Positions 39,921 through 49,497 of a DNA stretch of 64,000 nucleotides are shown piece after piece (the stretch's first letter is position 1; each line of letters opens with the position of its first letter). This DNA comes from a virus: IMG/VR virus record IMGVR_UViG_3300037336_000025, positions 122,313 through 186,312 of that record, one strand, 5' to 3'. The translations under genes were made by a program, and so were the position numbers. Below the pieces are notes generated by a model. That model had not been told where the DNA came from and did no database searches. It saw nothing but the letters and a program-made list of their open reading frames with translations.

Positions 39921-40861
39921 TTACCTGGGGAATAAACGCTCTTAATCACGGATCTAGCATTGCGGTATTTGACAATGACGAATATAAAATTAGTGCAGTG
40001 TCCGACCGTGATACCTTGCCTTCTGAGATAATTCGAAGAGCATTAGATCAAGGCGCACCAGATCACATCTTTTGGTATGAGCAGCCGTGGCTTAAAAAAG
40101 CTAGGCAGGTGTATGCAGGACAATGGCGGCGAGCGTTAGATATGACTGTGCTGCCTAGAAGATACCTAAATGAAAATAGATTGCAGTATGCCAAACTCTC
40201 GTATACGCAGCATCATGCTAGCCATGCGGCTGCAGGCTACTATACTAGTCCTTTTAATCATTGTGCTATTGTAGTTCTTGATGCTATTGGTGAGTTTGAA
40301 TGTGCTACGATTTGGGAAGGTCGTGACGGTGAGATGAAGAAAATTTGGAGTCGTAGATATCCGCATAGTCTAGGCTTGTTCTATTCTGCCTTTACAGCAT
40401 TGCTAGGAATGACTCCTATCAGGGATGAATACTTACTGCAACAAATGGCAGCAAAGGGTCATCCCGATCGTTATCGCCATCTTGTTCACACATACATGAG
40501 CGGGTTATTAACAGCTGGCAAGAACATGCACAAAGGTATAGTTGATTGGCCACACGACACTTTGGTATTATCAGATCAGTACGATGTTGCAGCCGCAGTA
40601 CAAGCAGTATTTGAAGAACAGATTGCATCAGTGATGTATAAGGCTAAAAAGTTAACTGGAGCAGATAGCCTAGTATACATGGGCGGCTGTGCTATGAATA
40701 GTACCGCTAACATAAAAGTAGTTGAGCCTAAATTCAAATACATTTGGTCATTGCCTAGTCCGGGAGATCCGTCTAGCGCTATGGGAGCGGTATTGTATCA
40801 CACAAAACAACGTGTAGATTATAACTGGGGAACGGTAAAACATATTAAAATTAGTGTTTAA
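39917..40861 (+). CDS. Carbamoyltransferase, N-terminal (Kae1-like) domain only (NodU/CmcH/TobZ family)
   Basis: HGSSIA, HHASHAAAGYYTSPF, VLDAIGE, SLGLFYS, GGCAMN, PGDPSSAMGA. Confidence 0.82.
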   Translation: MITWGINALNHGSSIAVFDNDEYKISAVSDRDTLPSEIIRRALDQGAPDHIFWYEQPWLKKARQVYAGQWRRALDMTVLPRRYLNENRLQYAKLSYTQHHASHAAAGYYTSPFNHCAIVVLDAIGEFECATIWEGRDGEMKKIWSRRYPHSLGLFYSAFTALLGMTPIRDEYLLQQMAAKGHPDRYRHLVHTYMSGLLTAGKNMHKGIVDWPHDTLVLSDQYDVAAAVQAVFEEQIASVMYKAKKLTGADSLVYMGGCAMNSTANIKVVEPKFKYIWSLPSPGDPSSAMGAVLYHTKQRVDYNWGTVKHIKISV

Positions 40862-41051
40862 AAATACCAGTCTTAATTGCCATGATAGATAAGAACAAAT
40901 ATAACTATGCCTTACTTCACGTATTTTTAGCAAAAACTGCAAAAATGCATAAAAAAACATCAATAGAATCAACAACTTATAACGTCAATTTTTGCAATAA
41001 GACTCTTAAATTAAATTGCAATCTATTTAAAAACTGTGTACAATAACATAT

Positions 41052-42464
41052 ATGATAAAAAACTACGATCACGATGTACAAAAACTGTACTTAGAAATGA
41101 TGATGGCAGATGCAGAAGTATTTGTACGCTGTCAGGGTATCTTTGATCACACTCTGTTTGATCGCAAGCTACAAGATGCTGCAGAGTTTATGAATGAATA
41201 TGCCAAAAATTATAATGTATTGCCAGACTTTGATATGGTTAATGCAACATGCAGGACTGAGCTCAAGTGTCCAACAGAGATAAAAGAAGGTCACTTAGAA
41301 TGGTTGCTAGATGAATTTGAAAGTTTCACTCGACATAAAGCACTCGAACGTGCTATTATTGCATCAGCTGATTTACTTGAGAAACATAACTACGGTGAGG
41401 TAGAAGCCCTGATTAAGGAAGCGGTACAGATCGGACTAGCCCGTGATATGGGTACAGATTACTTTGCTGATCCAAGAGCTCGACTGATGAGTTTGAAAGA
41501 CAAAAACGGACAGGTGAGTACAGGTTGGCCAGGTATGGATCGTCGGTTGTTTGGTGGTTTCAACAGGGGCGAACTGAATATTTTTGCAGGTGGTTCTGGC
41601 GCAGGTAAGAGTTTGTTCCTGGCTAATCTAGGTGTAAACTTTGCACTTGCAGGACTGAACGTTGTTTATATAACATTAGAACTTTCAGAAGCACTTGTGT
41701 CAATGCGTATTGACAGTATGGTAACAGGTGTTAGCACTAGAGAGATCTTTAAGAATCTTGATGACATCGAAATGAAAGTCAAGATGATTGGCCGCAAGTC
41801 TGGTATGTTGCAGGTCAAGTATATGCCCAGTGGCAAGACTGTAAATGATATCCGGGCGTATCTAAAAGAATATGAAATTAAGTGTGGTAAGAAAGTAGAC
41901 GTACTGTTGCTAGACTACATGGACTTGTTGATGCCTATTGGTAAGAAGATTTCAGCAGAGAACTTGTTTGTTAAGGACAAGTATGTATCGGAAGAACTGC
42001 GCAACTTGGCAATGGAAAAACAATGTGTGTTCGTAACTGCGGCACAGTTGAACCGAGGTGCGGTTGAAGAAGTCGAATTTGATCACAGTCATATCTCAGG
42101 TGGACTTAGTAAGATTCAAACAGCCGACAACGTAATTGGTATCTTTACATCGAGAGCAATGCGTGAGCGTGGTCGCTATCAGTTACAGTTGATGAAGACA
42201 CGTAGTTCAAGTGGCGTGGGCATGAAAATTGATCTAGAGTTTAATATTGAAACACTACGCATCAGTGACTTGCCAGAAGATGAGCAAGAATCAAATGGTG
42301 CAACCAGTCGTGGTACAAGTAGCCTAATTGACAGCATCAAGCGTAAGACCGAAGTACATCGTGAAGAGCCCGATGAAGGAATGCCAGTAGGCAAAGTACG
42401 TGCCACTGTAGAAAGTTCAAAGTTACGTGATATTCTAAACAATATGAGTAGTGAAGAAGAATGA
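41052..42464 (+). CDS. gp41: Replicative DnaB-like helicase (T4 gp41-like)
   Basis: GGSGAGKS, ITLEL, LLDYMD, TAAQLNR, MKTR. Promoter TTGCAA-N17-TACAAT at 41016-41044. Confidence 0.92.
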   Translation: MIKNYDHDVQKLYLEMMMADAEVFVRCQGIFDHTLFDRKLQDAAEFMNEYAKNYNVLPDFDMVNATCRTELKCPTEIKEGHLEWLLDEFESFTRHKALERAIIASADLLEKHNYGEVEALIKEAVQIGLARDMGTDYFADPRARLMSLKDKNGQVSTGWPGMDRRLFGGFNRGELNIFAGGSGAGKSLFLANLGVNFALAGLNVVYITLELSEALVSMRIDSMVTGVSTREIFKNLDDIEMKVKMIGRKSGMLQVKYMPSGKTVNDIRAYLKEYEIKCGKKVDVLLLDYMDLLMPIGKKISAENLFVKDKYVSEELRNLAMEKQCVFVTAAQLNRGAVEEVEFDHSHISGGLSKIQTADNVIGIFTSRAMRERGRYQLQLMKTRSSSGVGMKIDLEFNIETLRISDLPEDEQESNGATSRGTSSLIDSIKRKTEVHREEPDEGMPVGKVRATVESSKLRDILNNMSSEEE

Positions 42465-42697
42465 ATGTAAGAAAGCGCATTACCCTAGCAGAATGGTACA
42501 GCAACGAAGATACTATCGAAGTAGACTGGCCCAAGATACATCAAATGGTAGGGCAGGATCATGTAGAGTGGTTGCTAAAGCAGTCGCACGATAAATGTCA
42601 ATTGGTAGTAGATAAAACCTGTGAAAACTTTGCCCTAGTAGCAGAATTCTATGATGAGCGGCACCTTATGCAGTACCACTTAATGTGGGCTAAATAA
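42461..42697 (+). CDS. Hypothetical protein
   Basis: ATGA coupling. Confidence 0.5.
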   Translation: MNVRKRITLAEWYSNEDTIEVDWPKIHQMVGQDHVEWLLKQSHDKCQLVVDKTCENFALVAEFYDERHLMQYHLMWAK

Positions 42698-42734
42698 GTG
42701 TCTGCGCTAGAACGCAATAGGTACGGAGTTTAAC

Positions 42735-43421
42735 ATGTGGTTAAGAGAATTTGCAGAAAACTACTTTGTCAGCGTTAACAAAGAGCTAAACCCAAAGGTC
42801 TGGGAAGAGGATCAGCTTCGGCCCGAAGTTAAACAGAAGCTAGAAAATATTGCCCGCGTGTTCATTGAGTTTGTGGCTGTTGATCTAGATGTAGTAGACC
42901 TAACACTAACTGGCTCCAACGCTAATTATATGTGGACCAAGTACAGCGATCTAGATCTACACGTTATTATAAATGGCACAATAGATGCTGCTACTCGTGA
43001 ACTATTCATGGCTAAGAAAGCATTATGGGCTGAACACCACGACATTACTATTCGCGGACTGCCTGTAGAATGCTACATCCAAGGCGAAAAAGAAGCACAT
43101 CATTCTAGTGGCGTGTACAGTATCATGAACAGCAAATGGCTAATGGTTCCTCGCAAGCTGAAACCAAAAGTTGATGACTCGGCTGTGGAAAACAAACTGA
43201 ATGCTATGGTACATGACGTCACTGCTGCCGTGACCGGGGGCAACCGTAAAAAGCTAGAGCAGGTCAAAGAGCGTATTACCACAATGCGCAAGAGTGGGCT
43301 AGAACGTGCAGGCGAGTGGAGCATAGAAAACCTAGTGTTCAAGGCACTGCGCAACATGGGCATCATTGATCAGCTTTCAGAGAAGATTCGTGAACTAGAA
43401 GATCAAGAACTCAGCTTGTAA
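42735..43421 (+). CDS. Pol-beta superfamily nucleotidyltransferase
   Basis: LTGSNANY.....SDLDLHV (hG[GS]x9-13DhD) with a third acid in PVECY. Confidence 0.78.
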   Translation: MWLREFAENYFVSVNKELNPKVWEEDQLRPEVKQKLENIARVFIEFVAVDLDVVDLTLTGSNANYMWTKYSDLDLHVIINGTIDAATRELFMAKKALWAEHHDITIRGLPVECYIQGEKEAHHSSGVYSIMNSKWLMVPRKLKPKVDDSAVENKLNAMVHDVTAAVTGGNRKKLEQVKERITTMRKSGLERAGEWSIENLVFKALRNMGIIDQLSEKIRELEDQELSL

Positions 43422-43485
43422 TCTTAACTTATCTAATTCTGTACCCGAGATATAAATACGCATATTACAGCACACGGGGCACACC

Positions 43486-43920
43486 ATGTTACACATAATA
43501 AACACGTTGGAAGATCAATTCGCAGCATTGATCAAGGACGATCCAGTACGTCCAGAAATCCCGCTGGAGAGTAGGGTTAATAGTAACAGTCAAATCTTTG
43601 TGTTAAAAGATGATAATAATCGTCCGTTAGCAGTTACCTGTGTAAAGTTTCTCAGTGATATTCCCAGCAGTGTAGAAGCATTGGCAGACACAGTGATTAA
43701 TACTAATACCGCAGTGTTCTATACTATTTGGAGTTATGCGGCTGGTGCGGGTAAAAGACTAATTCAGGAAGCGCAAGCTGAAATTCGTCGTGAGCATCCT
43801 GAAGTTGAGAACTATGTGACACTAAGTCCCAAGACTGAAATGGCTCGCAGATTCCATCATAAAAACGGTGCTGAAACATTCCGTGAAAATGAAGACTCGG
43901 TAAACTACCGCTACAAGTAA
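43486..43920 (+). CDS. GNAT-fold protein (malonyl-CoA decarboxylase-like motif)
   Basis: AVFYTIWSY..GAGKRLI...YVTLSP. Confidence 0.55.
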   Translation: MLHIINTLEDQFAALIKDDPVRPEIPLESRVNSNSQIFVLKDDNNRPLAVTCVKFLSDIPSSVEALADTVINTNTAVFYTIWSYAAGAGKRLIQEAQAEIRREHPEVENYVTLSPKTEMARRFHHKNGAETFRENEDSVNYRYK

Positions 43921-44133
43921 TTAGCTGCTGCGTCGAACTGAGGGAGTGTATGTTTCTAAAAATCCTGTCCACTGAACGCCGGTACGTGCAGTCATTTTCG
44001 CAGCCAATTGGTCTGCTACTTGCTGTGCAATTGCACGTTGAGCCAGAGTAAATCTAGAGCCATCTAGCTCCTGATTCTTTACAGTTTGTCCTGTAGCTGA
44101 CCGAGCTTTGACTATTAAGTATTGTTGTTCCAT
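43921..44133 (-). CDS. Hypothetical protein
   Basis: TAAATA-N5-ATG on the minus strand. Confidence 0.55.
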   Translation of the reverse strand: MEQQYLIVKARSATGQTVKNQELDGSRFTLAQRAIAQQVADQLAAKMTARTGVQWTGFLETYTPSVRRSS

Positions 44134-44166
44134 GCAGTTATTTATCCGGCAGTCTGAATTGATACG

Positions 44167-45006
44167 TTAGGAATTGTGAAAGTGCTGCGTGTATACCTGT
44201 TCAGCAAAGTTACTGTGATGCAGTACACTTGGATGGTGGTCAGATCCTGCTGTGGGTATGTTAGGATCATGGATCACACGGCAGCTGACATGATCCACTG
44301 CCATCTTATGCCATTCTGTTGGATTAGGTATAGTGTATGGCGTTTTCAATGAAACGTCAAGCTGTTGTCTAGCTGTTTCAAGTTGCTCTAGATATGATTC
44401 AGGTTCTACACTTAGATGTATAACGTCTGCACCAGTTGCTCTAAGAAAGCCATCAGTCATAGCCTGTAAGACTAGACTGTTGTAGTAGCGGTCGTATACG
44501 CCCATAGGATCAAATGTATATCTTGAAGAATTATGTATATAGGTGTAGATGCGATCGTCGATATCGTGGGTACTTGCTGGCGAAAGACTTAGACCAAACA
44601 ACTTGTTAAATCCCGGTAACACCTTAGTGCGCCAAAAGGAAGTATCAACAAGGTGGGTCAGTGGTACTGAGGTTCTAGCTGGCCACTGCAAGCTGACTCG
44701 GCTCATATATGTCCACATCACCACAACTTGATCTCCGGGCTGTATGCGGTCTGCTGCCACAGCACACTGCCGGGCAATCTGCTGGAAACAGGCTCCGCGA
44801 CGTGCATGGTTTTCCACTGCGATCCCTAGTTTATCAGCAAGCAGTGCGGGCCACGCATACGCACTGGGTTTGAGTATATGCTCGTCGGACCAATGCGACT
44901 CCCTGCCCAGTGTGGCTAGTTCTGCTGTAGTTAATGGTGGTCGTACCACATCCGGAAGTGCATGTCCCTGGGTTATAGAACAGCCAAATGTGTGTAGTTT
45001 TTTCAT
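44167..45006 (-). CDS. SGNH/GDSL-like hydrolase
   Basis: LHTFGCSITQG block I, C-terminal SDHHP; TTGACC-N17-TATAAT promoter at 45067-45039. Confidence 0.65.
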   Translation of the reverse strand: MKKLHTFGCSITQGHALPDVVRPPLTTAELATLGRESHWSDEHILKPSAYAWPALLADKLGIAVENHARRGACFQQIARQCAVAADRIQPGDQVVVMWTYMSRVSLQWPARTSVPLTHLVDTSFWRTKVLPGFNKLFGLSLSPASTHDIDDRIYTYIHNSSRYTFDPMGVYDRYYNSLVLQAMTDGFLRATGADVIHLSVEPESYLEQLETARQQLDVSLKTPYTIPNPTEWHKMAVDHVSCRVIHDPNIPTAGSDHHPSVLHHSNFAEQVYTQHFHNS

Positions 45007-45071
45007 CAGTAAAGAATCCTTGTGTGTAATCTAATTTTATTATATGGTCGAGAATATAAGCAGGTCAATTT

Positions 45072-45686
45072 TTATTCTACCTTGACAATGTTTAATTCTT
45101 TAGTGCTGTCACCAATTGATCCTGTGGGCATGGTATTAAAGGCAATGGAGTACCGAAAATCATTATCGTTGTGTTCCACATGATGCAGCAGTTTGGAAGG
45201 GAATAGCAGCAGGTAGCCCGGCTTTATGGGCAATTTAAGCACCTGCCAAGTATGCTGATTTTTTGCATCCCACTGTACCACTGGCCTAAGTGTGAATAGA
45301 TCTTCTGTTTGGAGAGGATTGTGGAAATTCAAAGGAGCTCCGTCCGTTAGATAAAATACTCCACTCACATAACTATTGGGATGCTGATGAACCCGTATTG
45401 GCTCATCACGCCCCAGGGTATTACCCCACGAGCTTGTTACAGCCACTTGATCCACTAGATGTCCCTGCAAACTGACATATGCTTTTGATAACTGCTGGCA
45501 TTCTAGTTTAACCTCACGGAATACCGGAGCATCAAGTAATCGTTGCGTCACAGTCACAGCGCCATTGCCAGCGGGCTGTTCAATAGTTTTGTCCAGTGTG
45601 TTCACGTACTTCAAAGCTGCTGCAATATCCAAACTTTGAAGTTGTGCTACTCCTACCCAGGCACCGAAAATCGGTATCATCTGCAT
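45072..45686 (-). CDS. 2OG-Fe(II) oxygenase
   Basis: HQHPNSYVSGVFY, LLLFPSKLLHHV, RYSIAFN. Confidence 0.82.
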   Translation of the reverse strand: MQMIPIFGAWVGVAQLQSLDIAAALKYVNTLDKTIEQPAGNGAVTVTQRLLDAPVFREVKLECQQLSKAYVSLQGHLVDQVAVTSSWGNTLGRDEPIRVHQHPNSYVSGVFYLTDGAPLNFHNPLQTEDLFTLRPVVQWDAKNQHTWQVLKLPIKPGYLLLFPSKLLHHVEHNDNDFRYSIAFNTMPTGSIGDSTKELNIVKVE

Positions 45687-46056
45687 TGCGATTCCTCTAA
45701 TTAAAACACTGTGTGCTGTGAATATTTATAGTGTGTTCCCAGCACCAGGTTAAACTCTGGCCGGCACCCGCAGATCCAAGGCTGCGAAGCAGCAGCGAAG
45801 CGCAAAAATTTTTAAGCAAATTTTCTTACCAATATAGTAGCATATTATGTCACCGAGGCCAGCGTGACAGATACTATACCACCGTAAGCCTGTTGATACA
45901 GTTCTGCTACTGCTCTCACACGGAATGTGAGCGTGTGTCCCCGTGCGGTGATTAGTGTATAGGTCATGCTAGTATATAGTGAAACAGAGTCTGCGGCAGA
46001 AAAAAAACGGCAGCAAATTTTTACCGTAAATACTGTACAAAGGGACTAGAAACTAT

Positions 46057-46479
46057 ATGAAACCACAACAGGTACTGCGAACCGCACTGATTGATACTTA
46101 TAGACAACATGGCTGGGAAATACCCAACAGCGTGATTGACTATGAATCTGAACTGTTTAGTCTATATATAGATAAACCTGACTTTGAACCTAAGCCCAGC
46201 TATGCAGAACAGTATATGACTATGAACACAGTGAGCGAAGCTAGAAGGTTGGCCGATTGCTGTTTCTTCACTCGATCAGTATTTCCCGATCTTAAACAGC
46301 ATAGAGGTATATCCAGTAGCTACTTTGTGGATATGGGACAGGGCTGCTATGACCGTGTGTACAAAGAAACTGGCTATGCAGTAATGTTAGTGATGCGTGA
46401 TCACTTTGAGTTTCTAGCAGAGTGCGCTTACACTGCTATACGCATGAACGGTGAGTTTAGATCGATGTGGGAAGACTGA
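46057..46479 (+). CDS. Hypothetical protein
   Basis: Isolated plus-strand ORF with TAAATA at 46027. Confidence 0.6.
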   Translation: MKPQQVLRTALIDTYRQHGWEIPNSVIDYESELFSLYIDKPDFEPKPSYAEQYMTMNTVSEARRLADCCFFTRSVFPDLKQHRGISSSYFVDMGQGCYDRVYKETGYAVMLVMRDHFEFLAECAYTAIRMNGEFRSMWED

Positions 46480-46549
46480 AAAAGGGTTAGGCACAGTGAA
46501 AAAAATACAGCGCAGTTTTTTTAAAAGTGGGAAATCAATCCGGTAGCTG

Positions 46550-46816
46550 TTACACAGCGCCTCTCAGTATGCTCATGGTGATCTCTTGATCTGCTATGCG
46601 AAATACGTTATAACACTCTCTTCTAATGGCAGCTTGCGCGGGCTTGGGTCTACGACCACCTGCCGTGCTGGAAAGTGGCTGTAACTGTACGTTATTACTG
46701 TTAGCATATAGTTGCAGTATTCGAGCCAGGATGATTCTATTGTGTTCAGTGACGATACAGTGATCTCCCACTGTTAGAGCAACGCCGGCGATATCTTTGT
46801 GAGTTAGTGTGTACAT
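46550..46816 (-). CDS. Hypothetical early protein
   Basis: Clean ORF. Confidence 0.55.
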   Translation of the reverse strand: MYTLTHKDIAGVALTVGDHCIVTEHNRIILARILQLYANSNNVQLQPLSSTAGGRRPKPAQAAIRRECYNVFRIADQEITMSILRGAV

Positions 46817-46992
46817 GTGTGCTTATACTAGAATGCAGTAGAAAAAGGCTGCAGGGTGTGAAAAAATAGAACAGCAAAAAATTGGGGTGGAGTACTTACG
46901 CTTTCGGGGTGGTGATCTGCTACCATACTGTTGTGTATACGCTACAGTACAGTGTGTATACCCCGACCACCACCATGACCCCACCGACCACC

Positions 46993-47214
46993 TCAACACC
47001 TCGGACTCTGATGGGGCAGGCATTTCGACAGGTGACCACAACACAGTTTGGTAGCTGCGTGATCCCAGTTAGGCAACTGATCGATCAACTGTGCGCTGCC
47101 TTTAGGATCCCAAGGTGCCACACGCGGGTCTACTACTGCACAGCCTGTAGCTAGTACTGTGCTAGCTGCTAGCAGCGTGGCTAATAGCAGCCTGCGCACT
47201 GTGTAAGTAATCAT
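46993..47214 (-). CDS. Small putative lipoprotein, Cys-rich
   Basis: Basic-hydrophobic signal ending LATG-C. Confidence 0.5.
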   Translation of the reverse strand: MITYTVRRLLLATLLAASTVLATGCAVVDPRVAPWDPKGSAQLIDQLPNWDHAATKLCCGHLSKCLPHQSPRC

Positions 47215-47398
47215 CTAGTCCCTCCTCTTGTTCTGTTGAGTCAAGTGTAACCATCTGCATAAGGCTTAGACAGTCCTGCCGATCTCTATATGGTAGAGTC
47301 AGCACAAACTCTGTGACCTTGGTCATGCTGGGCAGTGCCCACATCACTTCCATAAGAGCTTTCTGCTTGTGGGTCAAGCCCTCTATAGTTAGGCTCAT
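47162..47398 (-). CDS. Hypothetical early protein
   Basis: ATGA overlap with the upstream ORF. Confidence 0.5.
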   Translation of the reverse strand: MSLTIEGLTHKQKALMEVMWALPSMTKVTEFVLTLPYRDRQDCLSLMQMVTLDSTEQEEGLDDYLHSAQAAISHAASS

Positions 47399-47545
47399 AG
47401 TACATCCTTAACTACTAACTGTTCTAGTACTAGTGCAATAGCCATCACAGTTAAGAACAGCCATAAGGGCCAAGTAGAGTAAAAAGCTTCTAGTAACATG
47501 TCAATTCCGTTGTGTCTGTATGTGTTAATTATAGCAGCTTTTGGA

Positions 47546-47911
47546 TCACATGTCAACCAATTTTCGGATCCGTTGTGCGGTATCTGCAGGGGTGTCACTG
47601 GGTACTGTCAGTATAAATCCGCCGTAGTCTACGAAATCGGCACTCTTGAACTCTAGGTCAATGCCCATGTTTCTAAACACTTGATTCACGCTCTTCAGTG
47701 TTTCATTGACCGCTACCAAGGCTAGATCGTAGTCGACATCTTCCACTTCTGTGAACTGGCTGAGGATTGAGTCTAGGCTCATCTCACCTTCATTCATGAC
47801 CAGTAGCTTGTCCATGGCCCGGTTAAGGGTTTCGTTCTGGTAGTCTTCTAGGTAATCGCCTAAGGCATTTGTGTTTATCTCAGCTAGTGCATTCTTTTCT
47901 TTACGCATCAT
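47546..47911 (-). CDS. Hypothetical acidic early protein
   Basis: Follows the promoter and AGGAG cassette at 47970-47912. Confidence 0.6.
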   Translation of the reverse strand: MMRKEKNALAEINTNALGDYLEDYQNETLNRAMDKLLVMNEGEMSLDSILSQFTEVEDVDYDLALVAVNETLKSVNQVFRNMGIDLEFKSADFVDYGGFILTVPSDTPADTAQRIRKLVDM

Positions 47912-47996
47912 TTAGTTCTCCTAGTGTGTTGCTAAGTGTATATTATAGCACAGTTTGGACGACCTGTCAATCTGTCACTTGCCTGAGATCATGCGT

Positions 47997-48320
47997 TCAA
48001 CCATTGCTTGCCAAGTGTTTGCAGGCACCTCGGAAAGTGAACCCGGGACAGTTGCATGTTTGTGCGTCCGGGTCGACTGTGTATTCTTTGCCATTGCTGC
48101 CTTTGACTGTGATTGCATTTGATTCTTTCTTTGTGTGTTTGAATGGGTTTGGTTTAACTGCTTCGAACTTGCGTCCGCTCTTGCTAAACCCTTTGATTGG
48201 GTTCTTAAAGTAGAAAGGCTCGGTGTCGCCCTTCTTGATATAGCTGACTAGATTGTTACCATCCAGTAGATATATGTGTGCGGGGAACAGTCCCCCAGTG
48301 ATCTCACGTACTGCTTCCAT
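47997..48320 (-). CDS. SWIM-type Zn-finger protein
   Basis: CNCPGFTFRGACKH (CxC..CxH). Confidence 0.7.
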   Translation of the reverse strand: MEAVREITGGLFPAHIYLLDGNNLVSYIKKGDTEPFYFKNPIKGFSKSGRKFEAVKPNPFKHTKKESNAITVKGSNGKEYTVDPDAQTCNCPGFTFRGACKHLASNG

Positions 48321-48414
48321 TAGCCCAGCATCTCGATCAGTTCTTTAACTTGCATGGTTCGCTCCTAGTGTGTTGCTGTTTAAGTATTAATTATAACACT
48401 CTCTGTCCAAACTG

Positions 48415-48642
48415 TCAACCCCAAGCTCGCAATAACCCTGCAGCTCCTATGGTTAATGCTACACCATTAACTATCATCTGCGGCCGGTTGTGCACACGCA
48501 GATTCCACGTCAAGTAGCAGGCACCTCCACCTAAGCCTGCCACAATGTTCCAAGGATGTTGCTCCGGAAAAAAGCTCATCAGCACGTACATTGTTACTAG
48601 GAATACAGTGCCCGTCCATTGCAGTGTATTGTTTAAGTTCAT
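48415..48642 (-). CDS. Small membrane protein
   Basis: Three hydrophobic segments. Confidence 0.55.
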   Translation of the reverse strand: MNLNNTLQWTGTVFLVTMYVLMSFFPEQHPWNIVAGLGGGACYLTWNLRVHNRPQMIVNGVALTIGAAGLLRAWG

Positions 48643-48765
48643 CTATAACCCTTTACGCAGGTACAGTATTTTTGCATTTTAAGTCCTTCTGTGTGTTGCT
48701 TTGTATGTGTTTATTATAGCGCACTTTAGCCAATTTGTCAAGTGCGCTATGTATAACCCTACACT

Positions 48766-49017
48766 TTAGTCAACTATTTGCACGCTTGTAGTACGCAGTG
48801 CTTGTTGCGCAAAAGCCACAACACGTTGCAGTTCCTCATTTAAGTTTTCTGCACTTAAATCTCCACTTACATAATTGCATTTTGCTTGTGTAGGGAATAC
48901 ATACTTAACCTCGTCGCCTACAAATTTCTTGTGTACGTTAAAAGCAAACTGTGCTTTATATGTGTTTAGTTTTTTGTTTTTAACTAGTTTAACGTAAGCA
49001 ATACAAGCTGTGTACAT
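48766..49017 (-). CDS. Hypothetical early protein
   Basis: Own promoter and AAGGA RBS. Confidence 0.6.
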   Translation of the reverse strand: MYTACIAYVKLVKNKKLNTYKAQFAFNVHKKFVGDEVKYVFPTQAKCNYVSGDLSAENLNEELQRVVAFAQQALRTTSVQIVD

Positions 49018-49107
49018 TGTGTTTCCTTTTTAGTGTGTATGCATGTATTATAGCGTACTCTAGCCAAACTGTCAACCAAAATGTTTACAACCCTGCGGCC
49101 TGTAGGG

Positions 49108-49497
49108 TTATTCTTTGATATAAGCAGCACCGTCCTCTTCGGTAAGTTGCAGTCGGGCGCCCTGGGGAAATTGGCTGATCAGTCGAGCCATAAGGGCTTC
49201 ACGATCCGAGCCCTGTCCGATGAACTCGCCGGTGTCTTTACGGTAAGCGAACAATTGGTCTTCGTCCTGTTCGATACGGATATGGATAGCATCTGGCTCC
49301 AATGCAGGATCTAGTTCTTCCCCAGCTTCTTCAGCCATCTCTCGAGCCAACCCCCTCAGCTCTTCCTCTGAAACATTAAGGCGCTCCAGCATTTCGCTAA
49401 AGACTCCACTGTGGAATCGTTCACTGACCTTCCAGGTAACTGCCGCACTGATGGCGCCACAGACTGCACATAGAAAAATCACTTCAATATCTGACAT
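49108..49497 (-). CDS. Hypothetical protein with N-terminal TM helix
   Basis: Hydrophobic N-terminus, acidic body. Confidence 0.55.
   Translation of the reverse strand: MSDIEVIFLCAVCGAISAAVTWKVSERFHSGVFSEMLERLNVSEEELRGLAREMAEEAGEELDPALEPDAIHIRIEQDEDQLFAYRKDTGEFIGQGSDREALMARLISQFPQGARLQLTEEDGAAYIKE

Noticed and set aside
40862-41051. AT-rich gap before the helicase as a replication origin, or the 75-aa minus-strand ORF at 40748-40975
   Set aside because: No iterons are visible, part of the gap is the helicase promoter, and the ORF has no convincing start signal and overlaps the carbamoyltransferase.
46882-47044. G-rich then C-rich tract as a hairpin or G-quadruplex element
   Set aside because: The tracts are not clean reverse complements and the G-runs are too few and scattered to support a call.
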